Positions 51,000 to 62,479 of a stretch of DNA of 64,000 nt are shown one piece after another. The notes below the pieces were generated by a model, which searched no databases, had not been told where the DNA came from, and worked only from the letters and a program-made list of their open reading frames with translations. The translations under genes and the position numbers were made by a program. The stretch lies in contig NC_082730.1 in the NCBI RefSeq assembly GCF_030144855.1, positions 3,782,001 to 3,846,000 on the forward strand, written 5' to 3'. How positions within the stretch are numbered: the first letter of the stretch is position 1; each line of letters starts with the position of its first letter. Source of the stretch: Hypanus sabinus (lineage: Eukaryota).

Positions 51000-51825
51000 T
51001 GTTCTGGGACTGTGTGATGGGACAGTGTAGAGGGAGCTTCACTCTGTGTCTGACCCGTGTCCTGGGAGTGTGTGATGGGACAGTGTAGAGAGAGTTTCAC
51101 TCTGTGTCTGACCCGTGTCCTGGGAGTGTGTGATGGGACAGTGTAGAGGGGGCTTCACACTGTGTCTGACCCATGTTCTGGGAGTGTGTGATGGGACAGT
51201 GTAGAGGGGGCTTCACTCTGTGTCTGACCCGTGTCCTGGGAGTGTGTGATGGGACAGTGTAGAGGGAGCTTCACTCTGTGTCTGACCCATACCCTGGGAG
51301 TGTGTGATGGGACAGTGTAGGGGGAGCTTCACACTGTGTCTGACCCGTGTCCTGGGAGTGTGTGATGGGACAGTGTAGGGGGAGCTTCACACTGTGTATG
51401 ACCCGTGTCCTGGGAGTGTGTGATGGGACAGTGTAGGGGGAGCTTCACTCTGTGTCTGACCCATACCCTGGGAGTGTGTGATGGGACAGTGTAGAGGAAG
51501 CTTCACTCTGTGTCTGACCCATACCCTGGGAGTGTGTGATGGGACAGTGTAGAGGGGGCTTCACTCTGTGTCTGACCCGTGTCCTGGGAGTGTGTGATGG
51601 GACGGTGTAGAGGGAGTGTGTGATGGGACGGTGTAGAGGGAGTGTGTGATGGGACGGTGTAGAGGGAGTGTGTGATGGGACGGTGTAGAGGGAGTGTGTG
51701 ATGGGACGGTGTAGAGGGAGTGTGTGATGGGACGGTGTAGAGGGAGTGTGTGATGGGACAGTGTAGAGGGAGTGTGTGATGGGACGGTGTAGAGGGAGTG
51801 TGTGATGGGACAGTGTAGAGGGAGC
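51000..51825. repeat. 58-bp minisatellite grading into a 26-bp sub-unit array
   Basis: 58-bp unit gtgtgtgatgggacagtgtagagggagcttcactctgtgtctgacccgtgtcctggga at 51000-51590. 26-bp unit gagtgtgtgatgggacggtgtagagg at ~51595-51820. Confidence 0.95.
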
Positions 51826-51954
51826 TTCCTCCAACCATCCTGTTCCTGCTGTTTCTGTCATGGGAGCGTATGGTCCAGAACTATCCCTGTAGTTTAAATA
51901 AAGGAGACAGAGAAAGGGAAGTGAAACAGATATATGCCATTTGGTTAAACTTAC

Positions 51955-52006
51955 AGACTGAGAAGAAGGTGAACCAGAGGCCCACGAGGAAACATCTGCT
52001 GTTCAT
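51955..52006 (-). CDS. Gene B: leader (signal peptide) exon MNSRCFLVGLWFTFFSV
   Basis: ATG at 52006-52004, 17 codons plus 1 nt, strong donor GTaagt at 51954. Splicing to the V exon gives MNSRCFLVGLWFTFFSVSSTG|VSPP, a plausible signal peptide. Confidence 0.85.
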
Positions 52007-52126
52007 TCTTTTCCCGGAGCAGGAGCGCGGGGTCAGAAAGCTTCCTCTTCACCAGGTCCTTGTCGGTAAACGATCGGTCAAAAGGAGGTGAATTTAACTG
52101 CTTGGAATGAACCTGACTGGAGGAGG

Positions 52127-52150
52127 TGTGGTCTATTTCAGGAAACCACA
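52127..52150. promoter_or_regulatory. RUNX-ETS-RUNX motif cluster upstream of the gene B ATG
   Basis: TGTGGT (52127-52132), CAGGAA (52139-52144) and ACCACA (52145-52150), about 120-145 bp upstream of the ATG. Confidence 0.45.
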
Positions 52151-52199
52151 GCTCCTAAAGGCAGATCTGAAGGTGCCTGGTGGCAGTATATCTTCAAGC

Positions 52200-52740
52200 C
52201 CAGCGACCATGCAATATATAATCTAGCAGAGAGAGAAAAAATAATAATGAATAAAATAAAACATAATATAAATAAATGAGTAAATCAATTACATATGTTG
52301 AATAGATTTTTTTAAAAATGTGCAAAAACAGGAATAATGTGTATTTAAAAAGTGAGGTAGTGTCCCAAGCTTCAATGTCCATTTAGGAATCTGATGGCAG
52401 AGGGAAAAAAGCCATTCCTGAATCACTGAGTGTGTGTCTTCAGGCTTCTGTATCTCCCACCTGATAGTAACAGTGAGAAAAGGGCATGCCCTGGGTGCTG
52501 GAGGTCTTTAATAATGGACGCTGCCTTTCTGAGACACCACTCCCTAAAGATGTCCTGGGTATTTCGTACGCTAGTGCCCAGGATGGAGCTGACTAGATTT
52601 GTAACCTTCTGCAGCTTCTTTCGGTCCTGTGCAGTAGCCCCTCCATACCAGACAGTGATGCAGCCTGTCAGAATGCTCTCCATGTTACAACTATAGAAAT
52701 TTTTAAGTGTATTTGTTGACATGCCAAATCTACATGCTTT
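52200..52740 (-). mobile_element. Rex1/Babar LINE 3' fragment
   Basis: Minus frame gives MESILTGCITVWYGG...[22 protein letters not shown]. Confidence 0.8.
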
Positions 52741-52949
52741 GGTAAAGGTAATTTACGTTTGACCATCTTACTGGAGTGTTTGGAAGGAGTAACCTGTGCT
52801 GTGGATGAAGGGGAACTGGTAGATGGAATGTACTCAGATTTCTAGGGAGCATTTAATGCAGTCCTACATCAAAGATGATTGTGGAAGATCAAAGTTCATG
52901 GTGCAGGTGTAACATTTATATATTGGGATACAGAGTGAAGTGGTATGGC

Positions 52950-53160
52950 TGTTCACGCTGCACCTCCAATTCAATGCTAGCCTAATCACTGGACAATTTT
53001 ACAATTACCAATTAGCCTGCTAACCAGTAAGCTTTTGGAGTGTGGGAGGAAACCTGGAGGACACCTACACAGTCACAGGTAGAATGTACATATCGCTTGC
53101 TCTTGCAGGCAGTGGCAGGAATTGAACCCACTGTAAAGTGTTGTGCTAGCCACTATGCCG
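52950..53160 (-). mobile_element. V-SINE/HE1-like SINE
   Basis: Reverse complement of a tRNA head and V-domain (ggagtgtgggaggaaacctggag...ggaattgaaccc). Confidence 0.65.
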
Positions 53161-55589
53161 GAGTGCCACTCTGTCCTGTTGTAACTGGGATGAACTTTGT
53201 TGCTGTCCAGGTGCCATCCATTTTGGTTCAAGTGCAGACTTTGAAATCGTGCCACATCTACTCTCATCCAAACTGTCAGTATATTTGACAAAATACACAG
53301 CGTCACGGGACTCTAGTCTGAAAAAGTAATGTGGGAACAGAAAAGGGACCGCGGGGAGGAGAACAGAGCACTGAGAGCTTGCAGGTTGGTGTGGATTGGT
53401 TTTGGGCTTGCTAATAGGAGACAGAAAGGTGGGTGTTTACAGGATCTTCCCTGAATCAAGAGTTGGGTCGATTCTGGCACCATTCATGAGTTATTTCAGG
53501 AAAAGGTGAGACCACATAGGGTGTACTAAGGATTTTGGATTTTTTTTGGTCTCCTTATTTGAAGAAAAATATTAGCACCCTTTTAGCCTTTCCAGGAAGA
53601 TTTACTAGACAGGTATTTGGAATGGATTGGTTGTCTTTGAAGGTTGCACAGACCAACACCTGGAAGTTTTCAGAAGAGTGAGAGGGGACTTGATTGAAAT
53701 GTGCCTGATCCTGATGAATGGGGAGAAGATGTTTTCTTGTGGAAGAAACCTGAATTACAATCAGAATCAGGGTTAAAAACACTGACATGCATGGTGAGAC
53801 AATTGCTGTTTTGTGGCAACAGTACAAAGAAAAGTCATAAAAATGACTATAAATAGCAATATTAGTGAAGTACAAAGGAAAGAATAATGCAGTAGTGCTC
53901 ATGGACCATTCCAAAATCTGATGGTAAAGGGAATGAGATGTTCTTGAATTGATGTATGAGGATCTTCTGGCTCCTGTATCACCTCCCTGATGGTAGTAAT
54001 GAAAGGAGGGCATATGCTGGATGGTGAGGGTCCTTAGTAATAGATGCCTCCTTCCTGAGCCACTGCAAATTGAAGATGTCCTCATTGACGGGGAGGGCTG
54101 TGTCATGACAGAGCAGCCTGAGTCTACATGTCTCTGCAGCCTCATTCCATCCTGTGCATTGGAGATTCCATACCAGACTAGGATACAAACGATCAGAATG
54201 CTCTTCACCATTCTAAAAGAAGAGCTGCGTAGCAGTTCTAGGCAAGAAAGTATGATAAATGCAAGAGAGCAGTTCAGAAAGAAATCAAGAGGGCTAAAGG
54301 AAGGCATGAAGTTGTCCTAGCAGCCAAGGTGAAGGAGAATGCTAAGGGATTCTACAGAAATGTTAAGAGCAAAACAACTGCAAAGGACAAAACTGGTCCT
54401 CTGATAGATCAGAATAATAATCCATGCATGAAGCCAAAAGAGATGGGGCAGATCTGAAATGGACTTTTTTTACATCTCTATTTACTCAGGAGATGGACAT
54501 ACAGACTATAGAAGTGAAGCAAAACAGCAGTGACTTCATGAACCCTATACAGATTAAATAGGAGGAGGTGGATAAATCCCCAGGGCCTTCAGTTCTTCCT
54601 TCAGACCCTGTGAGAGTCGTGCAGAAACTGAAGGGGCCTTAGCAGAAATATTTAAATCGTCCTCAGCAACAGGTGAGGTACTGGAGGATTCAATGTAAGG
54701 CATCGAGTCTATGAACATGCATTAGCATGTATGTGAGTAGGCAGGCAGGTATCATATCTATGGATTGTTCCATAGATTGTGTGTGTGTGTGTGTACTGAG
54801 ATCACTGGAGCTGGGGGATCAAACATCTGGAGGAACATGGGGTCGAGCAGCATCTGGTGAAGGGGTGGGTGGTTGAGCTCCTTCACAAGGAAAATGGACA
54901 GAAATAGCCAGTAAAAGGAATTTACTGTAAATCGATTGACCAGTGGAATGTGAATGAACTTTTTTTGAGAAAGGGCAAGTGGGGAAGTGTGAGTTAGATA
55001 CTGAGCAACACACCCTTGACACTGTCCTGTTATACTTCAAAGGGTGTGGTTAGAGTGGATGGCAGCTTCAGTATTTCAAGAGGAAGTGGGTTCAGAGTGG
55101 GACACGCTCGCTGCCAGTTCTCAGAACAGAGCCTGAAATAGACAAATGTTCACACAGAGTGGGAAGGACTTAGCAGAGATATAGAAAAGGCCAAGTGATC
55201 AACGTCCTCCCAGACCACAGCAACGAGGTTCCCATGTATATGGACAGGTTTCACAGGATCAGTGGGAAGGGATCATGATGGAGGAGGGGGTCTAGATGGA
55301 GGGAGAGAGGAATGAAGGGAAAGAGGGATCAGGAAGGAGAACCTGTTCTCAGGAAGCTCCAGAGGCGTTGGCCCATCGTTCTTCTCTGACTGCATTGTGG
55401 TGATGTTGTCTGTAGCCCCGATCACACAATGGGACACGGGAGGTGTGTGTGTGTGTGTGAACCCAGAACCCACAATGGGACTCTGGAGTAAGGAAAACAA
55501 ACAAGTAGTTTCTCAGGAAACTCAGCTGGTCAGGCCACATCTGTAGGGTCATGACCTTTCATCTGAAAAATGGCAAGAACGCTACAATT

Positions 55590-56190
55590 GAGAAGCGTAA
55601 TGTTAAAATTGTACAAGGCATTGGTAAGGCCAAATTTGGAATATTGTGTACAGTTCTGGTCACCGAATTGTAGGAAAGATATCAATAAATTAGAGAGAGT
55701 GCAGAGACGATTTACCAGGATGTTACCTGGGTTTCAGCACTTAAGTTACAGAGAAAGGTTGAACAAGTTAGGTCTCTATTCATTGGAGTGTAGAAGGTTG
55801 AGGGGGGATTTGATCGAGGTATTTAAAATTTTGAGAGGGATAGATAGAGTTGACGTGAACAGGCTGTTTCCATTGAGAGTAGGGGAGATTCAAACTAGAG
55901 GACATGATTTGAGAGTTGGGGGCAGAAGTTTAAGGGAAACACGAGGGGGTATTTCTTTACTCAGAGAGTGATAGCTGTGTAGAATGAGCTTCCTGTAGAA
56001 GTAGTAGAGGCCAGTTCAGTTGTGTCATTTCAGGTAAAATTGGATAGGTATATGGACAGGAAAGGAGTGGAGGGTTATGGGCTGAGTGCAGGTAGGTGGG
56101 ACTAGGTGAGATTAAGAGTTTGGCATGGACTAGGAGGGCCGAGTTGGCCTGTTTCCGTGCTGTGATTGTTATATGGTTATATGGTTAAGA
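55590..56190 (+). mobile_element. CR1 3' fragment of the same young subfamily as 37369-41686
   Basis: Closely matches 41100-41686, including the ttatatggttatatgg tail. Confidence 0.9.
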
Positions 56191-57149
56191 GGGTTGTAGC
56201 AAGAGCTGGCAGATAATAGGTGGATCAGGGTGAGGGGGTTGTGGTGATTGATAAGCAGACCGTGGGGAGAAGAGAGGAAATTGTGGCAGAAGCTGTGAGG
56301 TGATAGACAGAGGCAACCAAATGGAATCTACTCAGGGAGTAAGCTGGAGTAAGGAACCAGATAAGGGAGGAGGCTGTGTCCATGGTGGGGGTGCTGGGAA
56401 GGAGCGTAGCACCAGCAAAGGAAGGGATAGATTTGTCGCAAGGGAAGGAAGGCTGGGAAATGGACAACGTCTCTTCAGGCCATTCCCCTTGAGGAATAAG
56501 TGCGGGCAGTTTCCTTAGCACCTGAGATAGGATATCTGGAGCCTCTGGCCAAGGAGATGGGGAGAGGAGATGAGGTGATGGGGGCTGATGATCCTTCCTT
56601 AATGCAGGTCACTCCACGTGTCAATAGGATACAGAGAAGAAGGCCTATGTTCCCTGAGACGGCAAATGGCCCTGCTGGCCACCGAGTGAGATCATTTACC
56701 CTCTGTTAGGGCCGCATCTGCAAAATATGTGTCCTCTGTGTTGGTGGGGGCTAGAAGAACAGGGGAAACATGAGGGGAGAGATTTGTCCTGGGGGGTTGG
56801 TTTTTGCCTTGGGGTGCAGTCTTTCATTGATTCTATTTTATTTCTTGAATTTACTGTGATTTTCCTGAGAGGGCAGATCAGCCTTGTGGGGGTTTTCCAG
56901 ACGGTGACCTCTACTGACACCGTGTGCCCTGTTGAGGGGCAGCTGACCCCAGACTCTGAGGGGAATAAGGATACCCTGCAACATCGATGAGCACTAGTGG
57001 GGATCCAGATGCTCTGGATAGAGAAGACTATGCTGCAATCTGAAGGCAATTTACAATAAATTGTGGGATGAGTGGAATATTGTAGTCTGTTATAATATAA
57101 TGTAATTACTGAATAAATCTTTGAAAAAGGCAAAAAGGATTAATTAGAT

Positions 57150-58080
57150 GAAGACCAAGACCGTAAGCCATGAAGAAGCTGAATTTGGCCATTTGTCCCA
57201 TTGAGTCTGTTCCATCATTCCATCATGGCAGATATATTATCCCTTTCAAGCCCATTCTACTCCCTTCTCTCTGTCACCTTTGACACCCATACTGATCAGG
57301 AACCGATCAACCTCTGCTTTAAATATACCCAATGACAACCTCCACAGCCACTGGTGGCAATGAATTCCACAGTATCACCACCATATGGCTAAAGAAATTC
57401 CTTCTCATCTCTGCTCGAAAGAGACATCCTGGTATTCTGAGGCTGTGCCCTCTGGTCCTAGACATCCCCACAATAACATCCTCTCAACGTCTGCTCTATA
57501 TGTGTTTTTGAATATTGATAGCTATCAACAAGAACCTCCTTCGTTCTGCTAAACTCCTGTGCATAGAGTCCCAGAGCCTTCAAGCTTTCCTCATAAATTA
57601 ATCCTTTTGTTCACAGGCTTGTGAACCTCCTCTGAACTCTCTCCTATGCCCCAAAACTGCTCACAATACTCCAAGTGTGATCTGACCAAAGCCTTACCAA
57701 GCCTTGGCATTGCATCCTGGCTTTTATTTTCTCGTCCTTTTGAAATGAATGCTGACATTGCATTTGCCCTCCTCGCCACTGACTCAACTTGCAAGTCAAC
57801 CTTTAGGGAGTCCTGGATTAGGACTCCCAAATTGTTTTGCACCTCTGCATTCTGAGTTTGTTCCCCATTTAGAAAATAGTCTATGCCTTTATTCCTTCTA
57901 TCAAAGTGCATGGCCATATACTTCCCTACACAATATTTCATTTGTCACCTCTTTGCCTTTCTCCTAATCCGTCTAAATTTTTTCACAGGCTCCTGGCTTC
58001 CTCAGCAGTACTCTTTGTATCATTTGCAAACTTGGCCAGAAAGCCAACAACTCTATATCCAGGTCATTGACGTAAAATGT
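57150..58080 (-). mobile_element. CR1 3' fragments
   Basis: Minus frame gives KANAMSAFISKG...LVRSHLEYCEQFW. Confidence 0.7.
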
Positions 58081-59125
58081 AAAGGAAGTAGTCAAACAAA
58101 GCTCTTTTCCAAATTGCCCCAGTACTCTTCTAGGGCTGTACATCTGCCAGGCGTGTGGGGTTGTTGTGGTTCTTCTCAAGGAAGACGGAGGGTGACAGGC
58201 AGTATAAAGGAATTTACTGTAAATTGTTTGACCAGTGAAACATTGTAATTTGTTATAAGTTAATCTTGTAATCATTTAATAACTCTTTGAGAAAGGGAAG
58301 GTGTGTGAGTTAGATACAGAGCAAAGCTCTCTCTACTCTGTCTCATCAAAGGCTGTGGTCAGAGAGTGATTAACAGCTTCAGTAACTAAAGAGGTGGTGG
58401 GTGCAGAGCTGAACATGCTGGCTGCTATTTCTCAAAATAGACCTTAAGATACTGATAAATGGAGGGTGGGGAAGGACTTAGCAGGGATGTAAAGAGGCGA
58501 AGTGGACAAAGTGCCATCATCCCCTCAACCATCAAGGTTAAGAACACTCACTTGTCCATCCACTGAGATATTCCTACAACCAAAGAGCTCACTTTAAGGT
58601 TATTTCATGATCTCGTTATTTATTGCTATCTATTTATATTTGCATTTGCACAATTTGTAGTCTTCTGCACTCTACTTGATTGTTCATAGAACTGTTACTG
58701 CTCTATAGATTTTCTGACCATACCCATATGAAAATGAAGCTCAGGCTTGCCTGCAGTTTCATATATACTCTGTTAATAAAGTTTACTTTCAACTTTGTCC
58801 TCCCAGAGCCCAGCAACAGGCATCATATGTATATGGGAGCCATTTTGCAGGATTAAAGAGGGGGGCCTCATGATGGAGAGGTGGGACTGGATGGAGGGAG
58901 AGAGGAATGAAGGAAAGGAGGAGGGAGCCATAGATGAGGCAGAGCAGGGCAAGCAAAAAGGAGAACTAGATATCACGGGGCACCAGAAGGAGCTGGTCCA
59001 TCTCTCTTCTCTGATTAGATACTGCTAACATTGTCTATAGCCCTGATCACGCAATGGGACATTGGAGTAATGTGTGTATGTGAACCCAGATCACACAACA
59101 CTGGGGGGGGGGGGGGGGGCGGGGA

Positions 59126-59157
<32 letters not shown>

Positions 59158-59251
59158 ATCCAGATCACACAACAGCACAGGACCCTTTGGCCTGTGGGAG
59201 GAAAACTGGGACAATGCACAAAACTCTTTACAGGCAGCAGCAGGAATTGAA

Positions 59252-59538
59252 AGAGCAAGCACGACAAAATCTGCAGATGCTGGAAATTCAAACAACACAC
59301 ACAAAATGCTGGTGGAACACATCAGGCCAGGCAGCATCTATAGGAGAAGCACTGTCAATGTTTCAGCCCAAGACCCTTCATCAGAGCTAACTGAAAGAAA
59401 AGATCGTAAGAGATCTTAGTATCTTAGTATCTTTGCTTTCAGTTAGTCCTGACGAAGGGACTCGGCCCAAAACGTCAACAGTGCTTCTCCTATAGATGCT
59501 GCCTGACCTGCTGGGTTCCACCAGCATTTTGTGTGTGT
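59252..59538. mobile_element. Fold-back (inverted-repeat) Penelope terminal-repeat insertion with a 13-bp TSD
   Basis: Arms ~59295-59404 and ~59428-59538 are reverse complements. AGCAGGAATTGAA flanks it at 59239-59251 and 59539-59551. It is inserted into a minus-strand SINE. Confidence 0.8.
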
Positions 59539-60439
59539 AGCAGGAATTGAACCTGCGTTGCCTGTACTGTAAAGACTTGTGCTACCGTTATGGTTACTTT
59601 ACCATTACGCCAACTACGCTACGATTGGTGGCTCCCTGTTTCTCCCTCTATCCTTTCCTAAATAGTTGGATGGCATTTGGTGTTCTCCAATGCAGAGGAA
59701 TTTATGGAATTCTGTAAGTTGATAACCAGAGTCACTTTTTAATCACCGACTCTTCCAAAACCACAGGGATGTAGACCATTGTGTCCTTGGGATTTATCGA
59801 CACCAACCTGTTTTAGTGGACTTTCATTCTCATGTAACACTTGGTTCTCTCATAATTGCAGGGTTTGTTTTGCCTTTACCCTTAAAACAGATAAGAAAGT
59901 AAATGTTTAACTCCCCTGTCCTACATCCCAGCCCTGTCCCTGTGACTGATCCCCCATTCCAACTCCTTGTTTCCTGTTTGAGAATGATCCACATCACCAG
60001 ATAAGAATTAACTTCCTGATTCCAGCCCCAATCTGTGAGCTGATGAATGGGGGGAGAGGATGCGTGACTCAGTGGCAGGTTCACGCTGAAACACCGCACA
60101 CAGTCCCAGTCACGGTCTGTGCCAATTACAGTCCTGGCTCTGCAGCTTTTGGACCAAATGCAGGGACGGTCTGGGTTGGGTCACACCTGGGTGTGGAAGG
60201 GAAACTGGGACCACTTACAACTGTAACAACAGATGTGAGCGTGGAGGGGATTGCCTGGAATCAAAGCCATAAACAGGGCACTGAGAATTTTTTATGTAGG
60301 CAGTGGTTGGGAAAGTGGGAACTTACTCCAGCAACAACTGGCTGAATGGAAGGTTGAGGGAAGGAGTGCAGGAATTGGGGATCGAGGTTTGCATAAGGAT
60401 CTCCTTAACTCAACATTTATCATTCCTGCTCAACCTCAG

Positions 60440-60730
60440 ACCCCGTGTCAGGAACATACGTCATGGTCTATTCATTTTCATAGATGCTGCCTGACCTGTT
60501 GAGATCCTACAACATCTTGTGTGTGTTGCTCTTGGTTCTGATAATTATCGGGACCTTTGATCTGCTCCATGACATTGGGGATCCCACCAGCGGTGGTGAA
60601 GGAAGGAGAAGCTGTGAGAGACACCAGCATACATCACCTCTGGAATCATGGAGAGATGGTAGAGTTTAACCTGTACATGGGCAGTGTCATGGGGCAGTGC
60701 AGATGGAGCTTCGCTTTATGTCAAACATGT
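60440..60730 (+). pseudogene. Remnant C: CD2/SLAM-like C2 pseudo-exon
   Basis: Acceptor caacctcAG at 60438-60439. Reads DPVSGTYVMV, then a ~65-bp repeat insertion, then CSMTLG..KEGEAVRDTSIHHLWNHGE (versus CSVTSG..RGGEAVVNDTTHHLWGHGE in A), with deletions removing Cys codons. The upstream intron 59920-60439 matches 9950-10560. Confidence 0.85.
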
Positions 60731-61581
60731 GCACATTTATTTATTTTACACTGCTCACAATTCAATCTTTACAAATATTCATGCAATTAGAACATCAAAT
60801 TAAATCATGATTATACTCCAGGATGCAACCTGCAGTTGGTGTTTCGAAGACCAGAGGGGACAGTCTCAAAGTAGATTGGCATCCTCTTCAAATGGAGTTG
60901 AGGAGGAATTTGTTTAGCTAGAGAATGGTGAATCAGTGGTATTTCTGGTTAAGGCAGTTGTGGATCCCAATTCTTTATGTGTATTTAAGGCAGAAGTTGA
61001 TAGATTTTTGATTGATGAAAACATGAAGTGTTACGGGGGAAGGCAAGTAATTGAGGCTGAGAGGATAAATGGATCAGCCATGATGAAATGGTGGAGCAGT
61101 CTTGTTGGGCCAAATGGCCTAATTCTGCTCCAATATCTTATGGTCATGTGGAAATCCAGCAGCACACCTTGTTCATGCAACAACTAAGGCAATGCAACTC
61201 CCCCATTACTGGTCTTTCCAAACAACGAATAAACTTCGTGCTGTGGACCTTCCCTCCTCTGTGCTCCCTCAAGTCCTCTTGGTGGGGAAGACCAGTTGTA
61301 ATGGGGGATGAGGGATGACCTAACTGTTCCAGAAGCAGATGTAGAATCTCTATATGGAGAGGCCCCTCCCTCCTCTGAGCTCTCTCATGTCTGCTTGGTG
61401 GGCAAGACCAGTTGTAATGGGGAACTCTGAGTAGAGAGCAGTAACAAACGTTTGAGACTTGTTGAGTGGACGTGCAGACCCCTCATCATTATAGACACTC
61501 CCGGGTTCTGTGCTCGTCCACATCCTGAATCAGAAAGCATTGACAACTCCATCCCTCATGCTGTTTCTTTCTTCTCCACAG

Positions 61582-61700
61582 ACATTCTCGAGCTCTCTCA
61601 CTGGGAATTCCCATCTACGAAGTCCTTTGTCTCCTTTAGCATCTTTGTCTGCTGCTCTCTCGGCTGCCCTGTTCATTCTCTGACTTCCTCTGCTGTCCAT
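61582..61700 (+). pseudogene. Remnant C: probable degenerate TM/GPI-signal exon
   Basis: Strong acceptor gtttctttcttctccacAG at 61580-61581. It lies 1142 bp after the C2 start (1121 bp in gene A). Hydrophobic segments (LGIPIYEVLCLL; LASLSAALSAALFIL) are split across frames. Confidence 0.5.
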
Positions 61701-61839
61701 TGGGTCAAACAGCACAGAGATCATCCCTTTGATCCACTGAGGGAACTCCAACCATCAAACACCACTTTACACCAATACCATTTCATTAATCCCATCACCT
61801 CCCCCAGGTTCTACCCCTCACCCTCTCAGTGGGGGCAAT

Positions 61840-62000
61840 TTATAGTGGTTAGTTATCCTACCACCCTTGAATCTTTGGAATCTGTGAGGAAATAGGAGCA
61901 CCCAGGGTAACCCATACCTTCACTGGGAGAACATGCAAATTCCACTCAGATGGAATCTAAAACCAGGATTAAACTGAGTTTGCTGTAGTTGTGAGAAGCA
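61840..62000 (-). mobile_element. V-SINE-like fragment
   Basis: Reverse complement of the V-domain (ggagcacccagggtaacccatac...gggagaacatgcaaattccac). Confidence 0.55.
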
Positions 62001-62479
62001 GAACTTCCTGCTGCCCATCTGTGTGTGTTTTCTCTCTCACTCCAGAGACAACTGCACTCCAGCACCATTTTCAGTTTCACAACCTCAACCACTTCCTGCC
62101 ACCATGTTACAACTTTGCAAGTCTTTCATCAAGATCCCACACACCTCAAGCTGCTGAAACCCTTCATTCGTATTCTCTACCTTGTTGATCAATCTGTTGT
62201 GTTTTGATGTCACTGGCTCTGTTTCACCAGACTGACCTGTGCCAGCCTCTCACTGGATCTGGCACAAGGCCACAAACAGTATTAATTTATTGCTCTTGCC
62301 CCATGTCACTTCCTTTGTTCAACACTGTTCATCCAAACATGCAGCTCAGTCTGCGTCAGGTCACACAGGCTGTTTGTTTGATAAGCCTGTCAGTCTGACA
62401 ACATCAAAAACAGCTTTTTATTTGGAACTGGTCTCTTATTTATCAGATTGTCGATCCCACTGCATATACTTTGACTCAT

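Noticed and set aside
48372-51017. ORFs spanning the N gap and the CT/GA-rich tract
   Set aside because: Artefacts of Ns and low-complexity sequence.
33640-51825. CRISPR array or Ig switch-region interpretation of the tandem repeats
   Set aside because: The units are contiguous without unique spacers, the context is eukaryotic, and the arrays are not enriched in AGCT-type motifs.
62104-62157. ORF with a near-perfect Kozak context (GCCACCATG)
   Set aside because: It encodes only 17 aa (MLQLCKSFIKIPHTSSC*), with no signal-peptide character or donor.
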